A DNA stretch of 63,938 nt, filler included, from Octopus bimaculoides (taxonomy: Eukaryota), in assembly GCF_001194135.2 (NCBI RefSeq). It is 7 parts of 7 records of this genome, joined end to end, with 100 filler letters (N's around TTAATTAATTAA, not from the genome) between each part and the next. Parts side by side here need not be neighbours in the genome. Positions count along the whole stretch, not along the records: positions 57,567 to 62,055 come from NC_068998.1; positions 62,156 to 63,938 come from NW_026434842.1; 5 more parts are not named here. One strand, 5' to 3'. Within the stretch, counting starts at the first letter, position 1, and every line of letters begins with the position of its first letter. Of the stretch, positions 61,216 through 63,938 are shown piece after piece. Below the pieces are notes generated by a model, which saw only the letters and a list, made by a program, of their open reading frames with translations, made no database searches and had not been told where the DNA came from. A program made the position numbers and the translations under genes.

Positions 61216-62022
61216 TCTTTATCCTTATTTTTCTATTTTATTTAAATAAGTTGACCAGGAATTTTGAAAGCTAAGTAACTTACCCGCTAACTTGGTACGA
61301 ACCGGCGACCTTTCTTTGACTAGTTATCCAGCACATTATCTATCCTGCACACTGAGCGATTCACAGTTACTCATTCTTAAGAAACTGACAAGAACACTTT
61401 GCCTGGTATTTAAAGACTTTCCTAAGGATTTCAGAATGTTTCTGGGATATCGTTTGTGGTTTTTCAAGACTGACACATCATAAGAGATGTCCGCAGTATT
61501 AGAGACATATCGTAAAATATCTTCAATGTTAGTAAGACGTCATAGGCGTGTCCACGTTATTAGTGCTGGAGCATAATGAAGATCTGCAACATTAGTGACA
61601 TGTCGTAATGTTATTCATTATTAGTGAGACCTTATAGGCGTGTCCACACTATTAGTAAGTCGTCATAGGCGTGTCTTCGTTATTACTGAAATAGTATGAG
61701 GGAGATGCATAGCGTTATTAATGAGACACGAGCTGCCGTCCTTTGGTGAAAAAATGTACATCATAAGAGGCTCCCGTGTAACAGAACAAAAATAAAACGG
61801 GGGGGGGAGGTGCACCGCCTTAAAACAACGTAGGTTTTGTTCCCAACACCTCTGCCTTAAACAACTGCATTGTTGCTGCAACTGCTGATAACTAATGCAC
61901 AATATGAGCAGATATAGTTAACTGCATAACTGCATCTGCAGCAGAGGGATAAGTGAAACGGAAAGAGTCTGCAGCAAACTGCTTTCCATCTTGTATCCAC
62001 TATACCAGTAGCCTGATACATG

Positions 62023-62055
<33 letters not shown>

Positions 62056-62549
62056 NNNNNNNNNNNNNNNNNNNNNNNNNNNNNNNNNNNNNNNNNNNNT
62101 TAATTAATTAANNNNNNNNNNNNNNNNNNNNNNNNNNNNNNNNNNNNNNNNNNNNACAAAAAGTGTAATTGCGTGAGAAAGAATTAATTTGGTTCGGGGT
62201 AGCTTGAAACTGTTTATCAATGGAAGCATGCTAAACTCTGTTGCTCTAAAGCTGGCCAATCTGAGTGCAACTATATGGATTTCGCTATTTTTATTGGCTT
62301 CAAATGCCAAGGCTTCAACCCTTGCCGGAGGCCCATGTGTTGCATAAAAATACTCTCATATATGTTGAACTTTTCCTGACGAAAATTGAATATATTCTAT
62401 TCAAATGCCATCTGAGGAAAATATCTAATGGTAATTAATCTCAAATGTTCATGAAACCACATTTTCTAACGAGACGAAATACTTTATACATTCATAATGT
62501 ATAACCTCAGTTTGTCACTGGTATTTATGCTATATACTAGACATGCATA

Positions 62550-62830
62550 CGTAACAGCATACGAAATACTGCTAAGCATTTCGCCCAGCGTGTTAATGTA
62601 TCTGCCAGCTAGCCGCCTTTGTGCGTCTGTGTTTGTCCCCGCCTTGCCATTGCTTGGCAACCAATGCTGGTGTGTTTATGCCCCCGTGATACAGCGCTTC
62701 GGCATAAGAGACTGATATAATAAGCCCTTGGCTTATAAAGAATAAGTCCTGGGTTCGATTTCTACGACTAAAATCCTTTCAGTTTGTTCTCCAGCATGGC
62801 TGCAGTCAAATGACTGAAACAAGTTAGAGA
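62550..62830. mobile_element. SINE family A head (minus strand) fused to a SINE family B 3' half (plus strand)
   Basis: Direct matches to the other copies. Confidence 0.75.
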
Positions 62831-62861
62831 TGAAACGAAGGTATCATGCATAAAGACACAC

Positions 62862-63245
62862 ACGTGGAAGCGCAGTGGCCCAGTGGTTAGGGCAGCGGAC
62901 TTGCGGTCGTAGATTCGCGGTTTCGATTCCCAGACCGGGCGTTGTGAGTGTTTATTGAGCGAACCACCTAAAGTTCACCAGGCTCCGGCAGGGGATGGCG
63001 GCGAACCCTGCTGTACTCTTTCACCACAGCTTTCTCTTACTCTTTCTTCCTGTTTTTGTTGTACTTGTATTTCAAAGGGCCAGCCTTGTCACACTCTGTG
63101 TCACGCTGAATCTCCCCGAGAACTACGTTACGGGTACACGTGTCTGTGGAGTGCTCAGCCACTTGCACGCTAATTTCACGAGCAGGCTGTTCCGTTGACC
63201 GGATCAACTGGAACCCTCGTCGTCGAAACCAACAGAGTGCCAGCC
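62862..63245 (+). mobile_element. tRNA-derived SINE, family D
   Basis: A box TGGCCCAGTGG, B box GGTTTCGATTCC; the 3' half is shared with the 2020-2298 SINE. Confidence 0.85.
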
Positions 63246-63608
63246 ATAGACACACACACACGAACACACAAATATGTGTATATACCCACAACTAAAATAT
63301 ATAATCATTGAAATGATTTAAGACGATATATGGTAAAACAGGCATTTCGCTGTCAGTTATGAACCCTACGTTCTTGAGTTCAATTCCCATAATGGTCTAA
63401 GTATTTTTGGCGATCTATATAATACAATCGATAAAATAAAATACCAGACACTTATTGGGACACATTGAATCGGGACAAATCCCTGTCTACTCATAAAATC
63501 ATGTGACTTTGTTCCAGTTCGAGCGCACACTATTAACTCGATCTCTGTTTGTCTTTCGTCTACGGAGCTTCGATAAGTCTTTGTGATATCTGGATTTCCT
63601 TTTTATCT

Positions 63609-63639
<31 letters not shown>

Positions 63640-63938
63640 TTTTTGCAGGTTTCATAATTTCTGAAGCATAAATAATGTCTCGCCAATTCCCAAGACCTAT
63701 CTATAGCCAGAAGAAAAAGAAAGACTATATATTTACTCTCCACTCCATAATTGATATTAACATAATATCTAAAAACGCGAATACACATTTTGTGACAATC
63801 GTACTAATAGCTTTGTCTGTGTACATTCAGTTCACTCACCCCATTCACATTTATAAGCAAACATGCAGAGACAGCTGTTTTAGTTAGATGCACACAAATA
63901 AACACACACAAACACACACACACACACACACACACACA

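Noticed and set aside
61470-61735. CRISPR-like repeat-spacer array
   Set aside because: Eukaryotic context, no cas genes, and the constant part is only about 6 nt. Kept as a diverged minisatellite.
62420-62460. FHEHL motif resembling the start of translin exon 4
   Set aside because: It lies on the wrong side of exon 3, has no acceptor, lacks the Trp and soon hits a stop.
60880-62940. tRNA genes at the SINE heads
   Set aside because: A and B boxes are present, but there is no complete cloverleaf and each continues into a SINE body.

Overview
Eukaryotic, AT-rich, repeat-dominated genomic DNA. The tRNA-derived SINE families and the (TA)n/(CA)n/(TAGA)n/(CATA)n microsatellite load look like an Octopus genome; this is pattern recall, not a database result. 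There is no operon, rRNA, genuine tRNA or CRISPR array, and most of the supplied ORFs are microsatellite or N-gap artefacts. One host protein-coding exon is recognisable: a 97-nt translin (TSN) internal exon on the minus strand at 45341-45437. I could not find its partner exons in the resolved sequence. The rest is decayed mobile DNA: R4/Dong-type and other RLE LINE ends, many RTE LINE fragments, a CR1-clade LINE, Penelope-like (GIY-YIG) fragments, two mariners, two hAT-type transposase relics, a Helentron-like end, a short two-LTR element and about 20 SINE copies. The most notable observations are: (1) a near-complete type I hammerhead ribozyme fold at 21863-21932 with an inverted sister copy at 22826-22895; (2) a 28-bp pre-miRNA-like hairpin at 24223-24280; (3) microsatellite-targeted retroelement pile-ups; and (4) several unexplained diverged tandem arrays. 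Six 100-bp spacers (44N-TTAATTAATTAA-44N) are assembly joins, so long-range order across them is uncertain.
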